Shown: in pieces, positions 1 to 13,796 of the stretch
Position numbering within the stretch: the first letter of the stretch is position 1
Layout of the letters: each line of letters opens with the position of its first letter
Origin: Balanoglossus misakiensis
Taxonomy: Eukaryota; Animalia; Hemichordata
DNA: 64,000 nucleotides
Assembly: GCA_040954595.2 (NCBI GenBank)
Contig: CM082586.2
Span: 6,062,509 to 6,126,508 of the forward strand
Direction of reading: 5' to 3'
The notes under the pieces: generated by a model
Told to the model about the DNA's origin: nothing
What the model saw: the letters and a program-made list of their open reading frames with translations, nothing else
The model's database searches: none
Program-made: the position numbers and the translations under genes

Positions 1-3000
1 GTGGGCAGTCGATAGTGGAATCACAGATACGGCCCATAGCGAGCAAAGGCACTGGATTTTGTAACGTTTAATACTGGATACTTTAGGCCTAAAGGAGTTC
101 CCTGTAAAAGTGTATAATTCCCGCCCTACTTTTTTGTAACCTCCCGCAAATTTAAATAGTTGGTAGCGACCACAGTCTGACAAATCTGAGTAAAGTACAG
201 AGTACTGATTGATGCAGATGTCTTCACTCCAGGCAAAGGATTACGTTTCATGGAGAGCACTTAGGTCATCTGATTCCCACCCGCTTGTTTGGTCTCTCTA
301 TTTCCGTAGATAAAAATCACTGAAAATTTCATTAATTATATCCCGTAGAAATGATTTTGAGAAATACCACCTACGGTATCAACACACGCCGATGAGACGA
401 TTTCAGATCTCCCTACGCAACTCGTGTTACTCAACATATTACATATGAAAAGGACTGACCTTCGGTAACCCTGCCAGTCTGAGACAGGCTCGCCACCTAT
501 AGATGGATTTTTTGAAACAAAAAGCTGCATCGTTAGAGCAAATTTGGACTATTTCCTTTGATTCTTTGTCGAATTTTATGTCAAGTGTAGGTATAATTGC
601 AAAAGACGTTTGATATGATGAATATGGCAGTCCTGGCGTAGTGGTAGCAAATGTTGATCGCACATCGAGACGTTTAGGCTTCTAAGCCAGTATACAGGCA
701 ACCTGACCTGCAGTACGACACAAGGCATGTTGACTTCTGTCCAGTTGTTTTCAAAACTCTTTCCGTCAAGTCAGGTGTTGACAGATATTGTCGTCTGATG
801 ATTACTTAAGAGCATTGCAGTGCTTGTATCAAATATCAAATATTTGAAATCTTCCAAACTGTACATAACGTGCAGTCAAAATACAGATGGTGAGGTACTT
901 CAAGACTGGGATGGCATGGTTTCGCAAGAATAAATTACCGCCAAACTCTCGAATAAACGATAGTGTGCTATTTAGCTGTAAATTTATGATAGTCAAGTGC
1001 ATGTGACATCAGTGTTGTGAGGTATTTAGCGCAGTTCACCCTATACCTATATATTTCTATGGGTATGCTACGTGTCTGATTTTATCACAATCGGTCTGAA
1101 TAAAATGGCTATATCACAGCTAAACAAATGGCAAAAATATACTTCAATTTCTTCCGATGCTCCCCACTCATAAAGGATTTCATGAAACTGCCCTGATTTC
1201 TGGACGAGGTTCAAGGGAAATGCAGCTTAAACCCATAATCCATGTCTTATGGGAGGTCTGGCCTCGTAGTGAAATGTCGTCTGTTCCGGTTTCTGTCACA
1301 GAGTAGTGAAACATCCTCGCCGAAATCGCCCACCAGCTTTCGTTCTCTCACCGAAGTAATATGAAATTTAAACAACTGAGAGACGCGGTGTTTCAGAACT
1401 TGCTAATGGCTTTAGTGACTCACCCATCATCACTCTCGTAAAATGCTTTTTGTTCGTAAGTACGGTTTAAAATGGCGGGGATGTGGCCATAAAAACCACA
1501 GTAAATATATTTTCTCCTTTTCACTCCCCAACGAGCCGAAGTCACGGTTGAGCCCTTTTGCAGAAAAAAAAATATTCTTCCCTCCAAATACAACAAAACA
1601 CCACGGAAGGCAAAACTTTTCACTTGAAATTGCAATAATGGTTGTATAGATTTGTAACTGTTTCATATTACATTATGCCCAAAGCCATATATTTTATTAG
1701 AGAAGTCATTGACAATACCGTACCCACTCGTTGAAGGACTTTTTAGTATTTCACTGCTCGTCTAGTCACAAATCAATGCCAAATACCTCTGAGTTCTTTA
1801 TTCATGCGGTTTTTCTTAACATACAAATATTCTCTCAGGTGCGACATTATTTGAATGCCATCTCCAAGCAAACCGACAAGGTCACGGAACGGTTCGGTTG
1901 GGTTAGAAATTCTTCGATATGGCTTTACCTGTTTGATGACAAGTCGACCTGAAAACGTACCACATGCAAGGGCGTCTCGCTAGATTATAAAAATATTTAG
2001 TCACTTAGGTTAGTCACCAGACGTGAGAAATATGTTTGTGTATACCCTGTGTTTAAAAATGCGTGAAATTAGCTTTAGTCAGGAAATTTAAATTAACAAG
2101 AAAGGTGTGTTTATTCATTAGAGCATGGCGCAAAGAAAGGAAGTTTCTAACGGAAGAATGTGCAATTTATTGATGGACATAATTGTAGCTGTTGATCCAG
2201 ACAATTCTGATTTGAAACCTATTGTCAAGACTAAAAATGCGTTATGACTCGATGGTTTCGTGACAGGCAGGGTTGACGACCGAATAACTGGTTTCTGTCT
2301 CGATGGGGGTTACAGCTTGAAATGCGAGAACGTGGAGTACAGGACGAAACAATAATTGAAACGGGGGATATACATTAACGTGTGGAACAATTACCTGTAC
2401 AAGTTTGCAAGTCTGAGAACCAATTACCAGTGCATGCAATGTCAGCAACTATATAGAATGTAGACAAGAGGGGACGTCAAACCGTGAATGGAGCTTATAT
2501 ATATGGCGCTGTTTTGTACCCGTTACGCCACGAGTTTGACACAAAGGCACTTCTCTTGGACAACACGTGTTTTCTTGTATCGTTTTCAGCGTGGTGTACT
2601 ATATGCTGATTCTGAAGTTACGCATACAACGCGGGTTATAGTCAGAACAAAATTTAAGCTAAAAATTATATATACCAACACACTCGTTAGATCTCCCCTG
2701 TCTAATATTTTACATGTACATTTTTCTAAGTGGTATGGAAATATTTTCTCGGCGTGACCTTACAGATCTTGACGGGATAGATTCCAACCGCATATATTGA
2801 GAGAGCATATCTCGTACCGCACGCGGCGTTATGTCGTTATACACATTGTGTACTGGCATGAAGGCAGGAGTGAGACTATTTGATTCGACGCTGGAAGTCA
2901 AATAGTTCAGAATACAGACACAGATCTCTGGTGTGATGTGGTGTTAAGACCTTTGCACAGTTCTTTTCCTGGCGCTAATTAGATTATGAAAGAGCAGTAT

Positions 3001-3063
3001 GTATATTAAGAACTTTTCACACGTGTTAATGGGAAATTTATTTTCACTCTGTGTCTTTGACAG

Positions 3064-6000
3064 CCGTGTTTGGGACGCTACTGAAGGACGTCAACCCACA
3101 GCCATTGCCGGTGAGATCGGAGAACCTGGACTACCTATTACGTCACCGCTTCAACATGTCGCGGCGCCACGACGCCAACATCACGGCGAAGTACGCGGTG
3201 CGAGACTTCGTGCGGCGGTCCTTCGAAGAGTACGGCCTGGACGTGGTGATGCACGACTTTCCGACGAGGAAGCCGGAGGTATGTGTGTTCGCGTGAATGT
3301 ATATCGAAATTACCCGGTGTTCCTTTGAGTAAATAAACATCGGAGCAATCGAGAGTGGCCGACTCGGGTCACTTGGTGCCCCGCGGTGTCGGTCCAACTT
3401 AGGGCATGGTCAATTTAACGTAAATGCAGGCAGGGCAAGTGAAAACGTAATTGTTGATCCCGCGTAAACGTGGCTAGAAAGCATCAAAGAATTGGTGGAA
3501 ATTCCGTCTGGGTACTTTTATTTTACTTAAGACGATCATAACTGTTGCAAGTTCAAAAGTAAACGCAGTACGTATATACTGCAGTGGACCAAGCATCTAT
3601 TCCAATTCGACAGAGCCAAGAAAATACATTCCTAGACAAATAGTGTGTACTGGACTTCGGACGAGGCAAAGTCGACGAGGGGAGACTTCCCCCGAAGAAG
3701 TGGTCGTTTTGGATAAAATACACGCCCGGCTTAATAGGTGCAGGGGATGAGATGGAGCCTTTCAAAATAGAGGCAATAATTTTGAAAGTCCGTCACCCAA
3801 CTGGCGATAGCATAGCATAGCACATCAGAGATCAGCCGGCTGACTTTCGTCAAAGAAGTAGGCTATGTGGACCGACCCCAAGAATTTCTGTCGTCGTTTT
3901 AAAAACGAAACAGATGTACGATTTAGCGGAATTTCTTTCAGTCTTCGATTTTTTTGTCCCGTCTCATGTAACGCCGCGTGGCGTCTGGGTTAGGGTCAGC
4001 AACTTTCATTAGTAAATTATTTTCTGGTTAATCTGCGCGGATAATGAAAAATCACCAAACCAAGTGACTCCTTGACCCCGTATCATTGAAAGGAAATTAA
4101 TTTTTGAAATGATTGTTTTTGACCCAAATTGTTTATTTGGGGTTTAATAAGTGAGGGAAATCTTCGCGAAAATAAAATTCCTATTACGCAGAAATGCGTG
4201 TCCTGGTCAGAACAGCGGACATCTGTGATCCGCCGGGGGCGCTCTGACCCATGGAGTTATATTCTTTCGTACGTGTTAGTACAATGCTATGTTTGACTTA
4301 TGAAATTGTTCGCCGTTATTGAAAAAAATAGAACATGTTTCATGTCCGTTGAGATAAGGTTTATTATGTAGTTACGCAATCATTCACACAACCACATACA
4401 AAGAGAGGGGGTTCTGCTGTTCAACGTATGGCGCGATAATTTTCCACAGCTGTTGTTTAAATGTGTTATCGACCAGAAAATGAACGAGAAATATTTTGTT
4501 TCGTTGTGGTACAACGACTTTACCAGTTGTCGTTTTGATTTGTTAGAAAGGCTGTTATTGGCTCTCGTCGCCTCGGTGCAGCTGTTGCGTACTTTGTCAC
4601 CCACCCCTGCACTTTTGGCACTGACATTTGTTGGGAAATTTTGAGTCCAGGGAAATATTCACACTCTGCCTGCACTTATTCGGCAGCGGAACAGACCGCG
4701 GGAGAGGCCGGCTATCAATGACTTTGAACCTTTATGTATTGCCCATGTTATTGTACATGTACATACTTATTCTCTTGGAAGACCAATTTCTTCCATGAAT
4801 TCAATTAACAAAACTTTCGGCAATGTTATTACCAGGAATACCGTGAGCCCGCTGCTTTACCTATAACGCCAACTCATAATCACCTAACATGGCACAATAA
4901 CAAGCTTGAACGCTTCCAAACGTTCACTCCGCCTGGGACTTCGCTCAACAGTTAATGTCTCTGGACGTATCCACGGTAACGCTAGTCATGCGCTGCTGAG
5001 CGTGCGTGCTTGAGTGGATGAGAACACCCCATTGAATTCCACCCCTGTCGTTTGAAACCCACCAAACCGTGCTGATCGGGCTGTGTTCTTTTTTTTCACG
5101 CATCAGTTTACAGGCACTAACGTGATTGGTGTGTTGAATGGGAAGAGAGCCGGCACCGCGAAGGACAGGACCGTCCTATTGGGCGCTCACTACGACACCG
5201 CGGACTCCACTCCAGGTACGTACGTTGTCCACAACTCAATTCAATTACTCACAGGGCGCCGAATCTATTACGATTTACGAACGCGCTGCTTGGGGTCGGC
5301 CGATAGTGCGCGGCTTTGGTCACTGGATTGATGGTGGAGTCGCGACCTTTTGGAAAACCTAATCGGGGTTATAATTGCCTTTGATCTGGTGGTGTCACGT
5401 TTTCGAGAACGGCATATCCGGCTCGGGCACGGCCCACCTGTGGAACCCATCGAGGAACAACAAATTGCTTTGTATCGTTTCAGAAGCTTCCGCTGGCTGA
5501 ATGTAATTAACCATTTTGAAAGGCAGAGATGAAAGAGACGTAGCATATCTGTAGTAAAGTTTACACTGGCCTGAAAAAAAAGACTGGTTGGTCGAAAACG
5601 TTATATTATCGGGTCTTGGATAGCCATTAACCGTTAGCCTTTCGCTTGTCATAGTCGAAACTGAAACCTAATACGTTCAACTCCCTTCTCATTTTTCAAA
5701 TGCCGAACTTCAGAGCTCCTATATTGCTTATTTTCAGGTGTCGATGACAACGGGAGTGGTATGGCGTTGCTGTTAGAAGCGGCGCGGGTGTTGACGTCAG
5801 AATGCCAGCCTGAATATACGATACTGTTTGTGGCCTTTGACTACAGTGAAAACACGCGTAAGGACTACTTTAAAACCATAGACAGATTCTTTTCTTGCGT
5901 TTTGAAACAAACTTTGCAAACTCTACATGCTTGGATGGGAGTCAAAAGTTTTTCGCTGGCGTCAGAATCGTGTGTCAACCAGGGTTAAATAAGCTACCCA

Positions 6001-8892
6001 GCTTGTAAAACGGACCCAGCGAAATATTTCTGTACCATTTGAATAATTGGCGTGTTTGTAGCTGAAACTGAAATCCAAAGTACTGTGGAGTTTCATGGTG
6101 TTAAAACAGCAATATTTTCTTTTCAGTTTCATGGGCTGGGGATCCGTGTTACTGGGACGTGCCTTGTGGCAGCCAGCGCTTTGTGGAGGATTGGCTCTTC
6201 TCGTTTCTCTCTCAGCGCGGTTTCCCAGCATTCCAAGGGGCGTTCATTGCCGACACTGTGATGAATTGGGATGATGGGATCGACACGCAGGCGTTTCCGG
6301 GAGCGTTTAATATCGTAAGTGTCTTCGATTATTGAGGCGGTCATCTTTTGGTGGTGGTTTTTCTTTGCATCATGGATAAATCAAGATTCCCTCGAAAGCC
6401 AGTTATTGTTTTTTTCCCGACCACTCTGTATTCAGTCTGAACACGTTTTACCACAGAGCCATGTGTGCTTTGAAACCCACTACGCCATCTTATTAGACTA
6501 TGTGAGTGATATTAACCACAGCCCAAACACAGCTTTTTACGTTATATATCGCGTCTGTAGTAATCTCTGGATCTTCCATGTATTCTGTTAACAGTTATTT
6601 GAAGATAATTATAACAGAATCAAAGACAACGATTTTCGGGGAGATTTCCTGTTCCTGTATTCACGACAAGAAGACGCCGTTTTAGTGGACACATTTACAG
6701 AGCATTACAACGCCGAGGTTGGTTTTCTGAGAATTTCTTAGCAAATCACACGTGCACGAGAGCCGTACAGCATACTTAAATATGTGTGCATATTTATAAA
6801 GTTGGCCAAATAATTAAAAGTTTTCTACATACTCACTTTGTATAATGTGATCAATTAATTTTGTACAATTGCATTTTGACGCTGACGTAATGTTACTTGC
6901 ACAGGCCTGTTCAGAGAGAAGTGTTCCTTTGAACAAAGGTCAACACGTCTAAAACGTTCTAGGGACTCTTCTTCTTCAAACGCTGACCGTGACGGGCATC
7001 ATTCTTTTGCTTTTTTCAGGATGGTGCCAACTTCCGTTTAGAATCTGTCGTTCTTCCGATAACCGGCAAACCCACGTCGTCCGACAAACGTCTCTACGGC
7101 GCCCAGCTTCGGAGCGACCACCACAACTTCTGGAGAAGCGGGGTCGGTTTTAACGCGGTGCAACTTACAGATTCGGGTAAGTTTGCCGGAGACGTTAAGT
7201 TACGATTAAAGGGAAATTAGCTGTAACTTTGGCTTTAGTTTCAGAGACTTGAAGTCGAGGAATGAATGAAGCGAGGGAGGGAAAGAGAAACAGACAGCCT
7301 CGTTCGCCTACAATATTTGGAGGTTTTCTTTTTATCTTTCAGCCAATTCTCGCGGCGATATGCAGTTGTGTCACCATCGTAGCTGTGATGACGTCACCAT
7401 CATCACCCCTCAGAAACTTGAATTTCTGACCAAAATTACGAAGTCGGTCGTGAAGACGTTGGGAAGTCTCGGCAATATAACAAGTGATTGTAGAGGTAAG
7501 GCCAATGTCCATGTTCGTACCAACCGCTAGAATCCTAGTATATCCCATGCGGGCCTTGAATCTTTAACCGCCGCGCCGCCTGGTGGCGATATTGTCCACG
7601 GTGGCTGAATTCATGGTTCTTGTTGACTCTGCGCAGAAATCTAACTGCAGCGTTGTGTTGCTTTGCGCTTTCTCCTGTGACATTGAACTTCCCACCTTTC
7701 TTGAAATCTCGTACAGCTTAACGCTCACAGCAACCTTCTGCATCTGTTGCGCAACATTTTCGAAGTTCCTCAGTCTGAAGGAAACACTCTATCACTTCGC
7801 AGGACCGGGAAGCCGGAAATTTGTTGGGACCCGTTGACAATGAGATCTTCACTTGTTTCTCTCTTTTCTCTTTTTCCCTCTTTTCCTCAACAAGACACGA
7901 GTGAAGACAATCCGCTTGTGAACAGCACAGAAACTTTGCCATATAACACAATCACAGGTATAACATTACATCTAAATACAAGATACGTGTACTGTAAATT
8001 AGAACTGTGGGTGCTTAAATATTATCACGGCATTTAAGGGTTGAAAACATTGCATTTTTATCGTTTTGTGCTTGCTTTTTGCACGTTTAGATATTTTCAC
8101 GCGCTTGGTTATCAGGGCATTTTTAAAAGTAGTATATTGGTAGATGGCATTTGCAGGTTATTCACGATTTTAACTTTTCGGTATACGTGTACGTGGTCAT
8201 ACAAGGGATTGGCATAGCATGCCTGTGACAGGGTTTTCAGAATTTGTCTTTTATCCGCTGATGGCACACTAACAGGACTGACGCGACGAGAAAGTCGTCA
8301 GTAAACCGTGTTTAGAGATTATGGCATGATTTGAGTCGGTAATCCCGTATTCAACATTTATATCAGTTATTTCGGGTGGAGGTGACCTTCCCAATTTGGA
8401 GATTTAGTTGGGCTTACACTCGGTACTAGTACAGTTAGGCTTACACCCGATGCTACTGTAAAAATTGAAAATTCCATTCTAAAACCAGATATACCAGGTT
8501 GGCAGGGTTTATGTAAACCCCGGAACGGCGACGATATTTTGTCTGGATCGTCAGAATGACGTGTCATTATTAGTGCCGTACGTCAGCGCTGTGCGTGCTT
8601 TTCTTATAACGTTTCAGTGCATGCAAGAAAACTAAATCGTGTGACTCTCTATCTCAGTTCTCGCCACTCCAATCGTGTCATGGATTTCTTATTCACAACT
8701 TTCCATTTCTTTATTTTAGCGCCACCACCGGAAAAGCCCGACAGTCCAAAAGTCGGAACGACAAAACTTCCGAAAGTTTCCGATCCCGGCAAGGCAGTTT
8801 CCTGCGCAAGTGGTGTGACGTCACGGACAACACATTCACTCTTATTGTTTTGCATAATAATAAAAACCCTTTTTAGCACTTTGGCCAGGTGA
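3064..8892 (+). CDS. M28-family (Zn aminopeptidase-fold) protein with probable GPI-anchor signal; 5' exon(s) not found in window
   Basis: GT-AG exons with consistent phases: 3064-3278, 5107-5215, 5738-5857, 6127-6314, 6595-6717, 7020-7176, 7343-7495, 7895-7957, 8720-8892. Spliced protein has the M28 motifs NVIGVL, LLGAHYDT, PGVDDNGSG, ILFVAFDYSE, GS..FV, FIADTVMN, RSDHHNFW and CHHRSCDD. It ends in a S/T/P-rich linker and a hydrophobic tail (SCASG...LLLFCIIIKTLFSTLAR*). Confidence 0.9.
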
Positions 8893-9891
8893 CCCTTATA
8901 TAACGCTCTGTGACGTCGATCCCACCTTTGTCAGTGAATTTTGCATATCAGCCTGCTTGTGGGTTAAACCCCGTTATCGCCATTTGCACTCGCAATGTCA
9001 GAGATACGAGTACGTGCTGTGTCAATGTTGCTCGCCGCTGTGTCACATTTTAGTCCAAACCAACAAAAGACAACCCTGAAGTGATGGTATTTTATATAAA
9101 TTGTAAAATTTTATAATTTGGACAAGTTTTAAGGTTTAAGGTAATGATGGCACAAATCAATAGCGATGTCGTCCTATTTATCACCAGTAGTAAGCTGATC
9201 ATATAAAAGACCTTTATGGACAATATCACACGAAACAGACATGTCAAGATGGTTGGATTTAAAGGTGCATTTCATTATTTCTATAAAAAAAAACTGAGGT
9301 TGTAGAATGTATATTCTTTCAAATTGTGCGAAGGAGCGCAATCCACGCAAAACGTAGAACAATATTTGTTCGAATTTACTTCAAGTTATCAGGAAAATGT
9401 CCATATGTTTAGTTTCCTTACCACCAAAAAACGATAGAAATATGCTATAAATAAAAAATAGATACCCATATACTATGCAAAGGAAGTGAAAGCAGCCTTG
9501 AAGTGAGTGCCTTAGAAAGACATTACGGATATTTATTACATCATGTAAATAATATTTTATCTGTACAAAGTGCTGTGCCAGTTTGTACCAAATAAAATCA
9601 TGTAAATATTATGTAAGATACATTGTGCCTTTGACGTCTGTACTTATGTCGCTTTATGTCAACTTGCTCTGTAAAAACAGAAGGGGAAAAGCAATGTTGT
9701 TTGGCCAGTGAGGGCGCTGCGCCCGTCGATTCACCTGGTGGAAAGGGTGGGGGTTAATCATCAACTTTCAAACACACATCAAACCACAGGTAAAAAATTA
9801 ATACTTTGACTGTAAACTCTTGACCTCACCAGACGCCATTTTCTTCACTGGCGCTATATTCGTCGTCAACGCTTCCTTAGATTTGTCCACC

Positions 9892-12800
9892 ATGTTTCGT
9901 AGGCCAATTCTGACTTGGCTCTTCGTCCTTAGTTTCTGTCACGCGGGATTCTCGCAGTTCATCGACCCCCAGGAGGACCTCAACCCGAAAAGCAGCCCGC
10001 CACTCGACCTGGAATATGTAGACATCACACTCCCGTACTACGGCACGCTGCAGGGACTGAAGTTTCGACTGGTGACGCCAAAGTTGTCGCACTGGCGGGA
10101 AGAGACGTTCTGGGCGGAGCAGTTCTTAGGTATTCCCTACGCCAGACCGCCGTTAGGGGAATTCCGGTTCGAGCGGCCGGTCCACGCCGATCCCTGGTCG
10201 GGACTGTACAAAGCTACGTACCACCGCAACGCGTGTCCTCAGTACGACGACTACATCAAGAAAGCTTTGCCAGATTTCGACTCGAGAAAAATACAAGAGG
10301 ATTGCTTATATTTGAACGTATATCGTCCTTCGGTGAGTTGACATTGCCAAGTTTTAAATTTCCATTGTATTTGACGGAGGAAATATCCAATATTTCGTGA
10401 AACGCATTTCATTGCGTGTGAAATTCCAATGTGGTTGCCTCATCATGATATTGTTATTGTTTTATCTTGACGAGGATGTACGTGGGCGATGGTGTTGAGA
10501 ATTAGTGATTGTCAGATGTCAATGTGCAAACCGCCTTCAGAAGTTGGTCAGAAATACCTGCCGGTGTTATATCCTAGTATGGCAGACAGACAGAGAGACA
10601 GATAGACAGGCAGGCAGACAGACAGACAGACAGTAAAGCAAAGCAAAGCAAAACAAAGCAAAGCATGAATATGCCAGTCTCGTTTATAAATACGTTCTGT
10701 CTGTTTACTGGAATACTACTGACTTTGTGTAACACTGTTTTTCTCTACAAAAGAAATCCTCGTATGATCCTCAACTCCCTGTGATGGTATTCTTTCACGG
10801 CGGCGATTGGAATCATGGGACGGCCGAGATGTACAACGCCACCTCCTTGGCGGCCACCAAAGATGTTGTCGTGGTAACATTCAATTACCGACTTGGCGCG
10901 CTTGGTGAGTGTCTCGGTGTTAACTCTTCAGTGGCGAGTTGTTTTTTATCACAAAAATGGCCAAGTCATACTTGGACCACTGAGGAAAATATAAATATAT
11001 AAATATATCACTTTTTTGTAATTATTAAAATGTCTTTTTCACTTAACAGGGTTTCTCAGCACTGAAGATGAATACTCGCGTGGTAACTACGGTCTGTGGG
11101 ACCAGTTGGAAGCCCTCAAATGGGTGCAGGAGAATATCAAACATTTCGGCGGGAATAATAGAAGAGTGACGATATTTGGCGTCGGATCCGGTGCTGCCAG
11201 TGTTGGTTTGCTTCTCGTGTCGTCCTACACCACAGGTAACGTTACAGCGCCCCCATAGTATACCACTGTTACTGTCGAGCTCTGGTTTATTCTAAGGTTA
11301 TATTCACGGGCATTATTTTATATATGGGTACCACGCTCGCCATTTCAACCCAATGAAGGCATTTCAAGATTTCAAGTAATATTCGACAGAATTTACTACT
11401 TCTTTCGACTCGCATGGCCCAGACCATCTGAACGTTCTGGACGTTATCAGCATACATTATAAAGAGAAAATTTGAGTAGTGTAATCAAATTATGTGATCC
11501 CGTCTGATGAATCGTCTTAACTGGCATAGTTTCGCCTCCACTTGTCTTTTGAGCAGATTTGTTCCACAAGGCCATCCTACAAAGTGGCACGGCGGTGTCG
11601 CCGTTTGCGGTGATACCAGAGAACTACAGTCCACGGCAGTTCGCCAGGGAGCTAGGAGACTACCATAACTGTCCCATCACCTACTCATCCTACGAACTGG
11701 TGGAGTGTCTGAAATCGTTACCATTTACTAGTATCTACACGGTACCTGTCGAAGTAAGCACCGATAAGTATTATTTGACTTTTTGATTTTTTACGCTTAA
11801 TCAAACTTTAAACAAGAGAAGTGAGAGAGACAGAGAGACCGACGTAGAGAGAGACAGACGGACAAAGATAGCCTACGCAAATGCATGTTTAGTAGTGGCA
11901 GCTAACCTCAAAGCAAAACAACTGGGCGAATCTATTTGTTACCTCTAATAAACACACGCCTATATTTTCATGGACAGGGATGTCCGGATACTGGCGCATG
12001 GGCGCCCGTGGTGGACGGTCCTGGCAACAGTCGCTTCCTACAAGACTACCCGCTCAATTTGTTGGAAGCTGGCAAGTTTCAAGACGTCGATATTATCAAT
12101 GGGATCGTCAGAGATGAAAGGTCGTACATGCTGTGTAAGCTTTTTTCTTTGTTATTCTATCTGCCCGTTTCCTTGGGTACAATGCTGGTAGCTTTCTTGG
12201 CACTATGGTAGGCGAAGATGATCGAATTGACGCCAAATTGTCTCATTAGCTGAATCTGCAGAGGTATAAATATATGACGGCATCCCAGTCCCCCGATTGG
12301 CCAGTTTCTTTGTGACAGCAGGTGTGAGCGCTAAATGTATGCGTTATGTAACCACGGTCACGTGGTGTAAGATTTGAAATTAGGCTTGCCGAGATGCTAT
12401 TGGTTAACGCGGGATTCACGTCAGCTTTCTCATTATGTAATTGGATTTTTTTTGCAGCGGGCATCCCCGGCGTCCAGTACGGCGTGCAGCCCGAGTACTT
12501 CATTGACGGCGTGCGCGAATTAGTGGAGGACCGGCATTACTTCGGAACAGATATCCTGGCAAACGTGTCGCTTTACGAGTACACCAACTGGACGACCCCT
12601 TTCAACGAATCGTCAATCAGGGAACAGTACATAGATGTGAGTAAAACTCTTCACGCAGTTCACGTTTGATCGTGTCGATAGCAAACGCTTGCCATTCAAA
12701 TTGACAAGATCATTGTGTCAATGCATTATTTGGAAATCACAAGTAAAATTCAATTTTGTGATCTGTTTCTTCTTTCAGTTGCTCACTGACCGGGATTTCG

Positions 12801-13796
12801 TAGCCCCGATGATACAAACCAATCGGTATCACAGCGAGTCAGGAGAAAATAACGTTTTCATGTACACGTTCAACTATCGTTCTAACCAATCAAAAGTCCC
12901 CGCCTGGATGGGTAAGTTTCATTGACTTCACGTCATTCATTTTATATGTAGCCCCCTAATGTATTGTGAGTGAGTACGTTTATGACTGTATGTGTGATTG
13001 AGGTTGTGTTGTGAAGGGGATTTTGAGTGAGTGAGTGAGTGTTATTCTCCAAAACATGGAGACAATCTCTCTCTGTCGAGTCACTATTAACGCTCAAGGT
13101 GTTCAGCAAAAACGTCATGCCAGTTTTCCTTTGTTTGTAATCGTGGGGCGATTTCTCTTTGCATCAAGGCGTTCCACACACCGAAGATATACCATACATC
13201 TTTGGCGAACCGTTCAGCCGGGCGGCCACTGACAAACACAACTGGACCAACGATGATCGCGCCCTCAGCGACCTGATGATGACTATGTGGGCGAACTTTG
13301 CCAAATACGGGTGAGTTCTCCGGACTGGGTCATGACATGGAATAGGAATTAAAAAAAAAAGACTTTTCCAACATAACGTCCAAGCATCTCTGCAGATTCA
13401 TAATTGTTCTTACAGTTTGTATACTAAGCAAATGAAAAATGAGAGAATTTCCTCTCTTTTTATTTCAGAAATCCGACGCCCGTACCAGGCGAGGTACACG
13501 AACCGCCGGACTACCAGGAACCGTCCTACCCGGCCCAGCCCTATGACTACACGGACATTGAATGGTATCCCTACAAAGCCGTCGTGAACGAGACCTACCT
13601 GCACATCGACGCGAACTGTTCCGTGGAACTCGAGTACAGGAGTAGGAAGGCCGCCTTCTGGAACGTCCTCATGCCGAAATTGGCTCCGGCGGCCGACAAG
13701 CCGCCTACGTGGTACTACTCGTCGTCTTCGGTCATTTTCGCGAGTCAAACGACTGTTTTGTTGTGGTTATGTGCCGTTCTGTTGTTATACATTTAA
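9892..13796 (+). CDS. Type-B carboxylesterase/cholinesterase-fold, neuroligin-like non-catalytic protein, 637 aa, signal peptide plus GPI-type C-terminus
   Basis: Kozak CCACCATG at 9892. Exons 9892-10332, 10754-10904, 11050-11235, 11557-11753, 11978-12134, 12458-12636, 12779-12911, 13169-13310, 13469-13796 total 1914 nt in frame. Motifs: [56 protein letters not shown] (Ser to Gly), [45 protein letters not shown]. Confidence 0.95.
10581..10664. repeat. (GACA)n plus (AAAGC)n compound microsatellite in intron
   Basis: Directly visible tandem repeats. Confidence 0.9.

Noticed and set aside
627-690. tRNA or tRNA-derived SINE head (TGGCGTAGTGG A box)
   Set aside because: The B box is degenerate and no cloverleaf forms; it cannot be supported without a repeat library.
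7576-7589. CTCF-like motifs (also about 4230, 9703, 55122)
   Set aside because: Each has mismatches at core positions and is not distinguishable from chance by eye.
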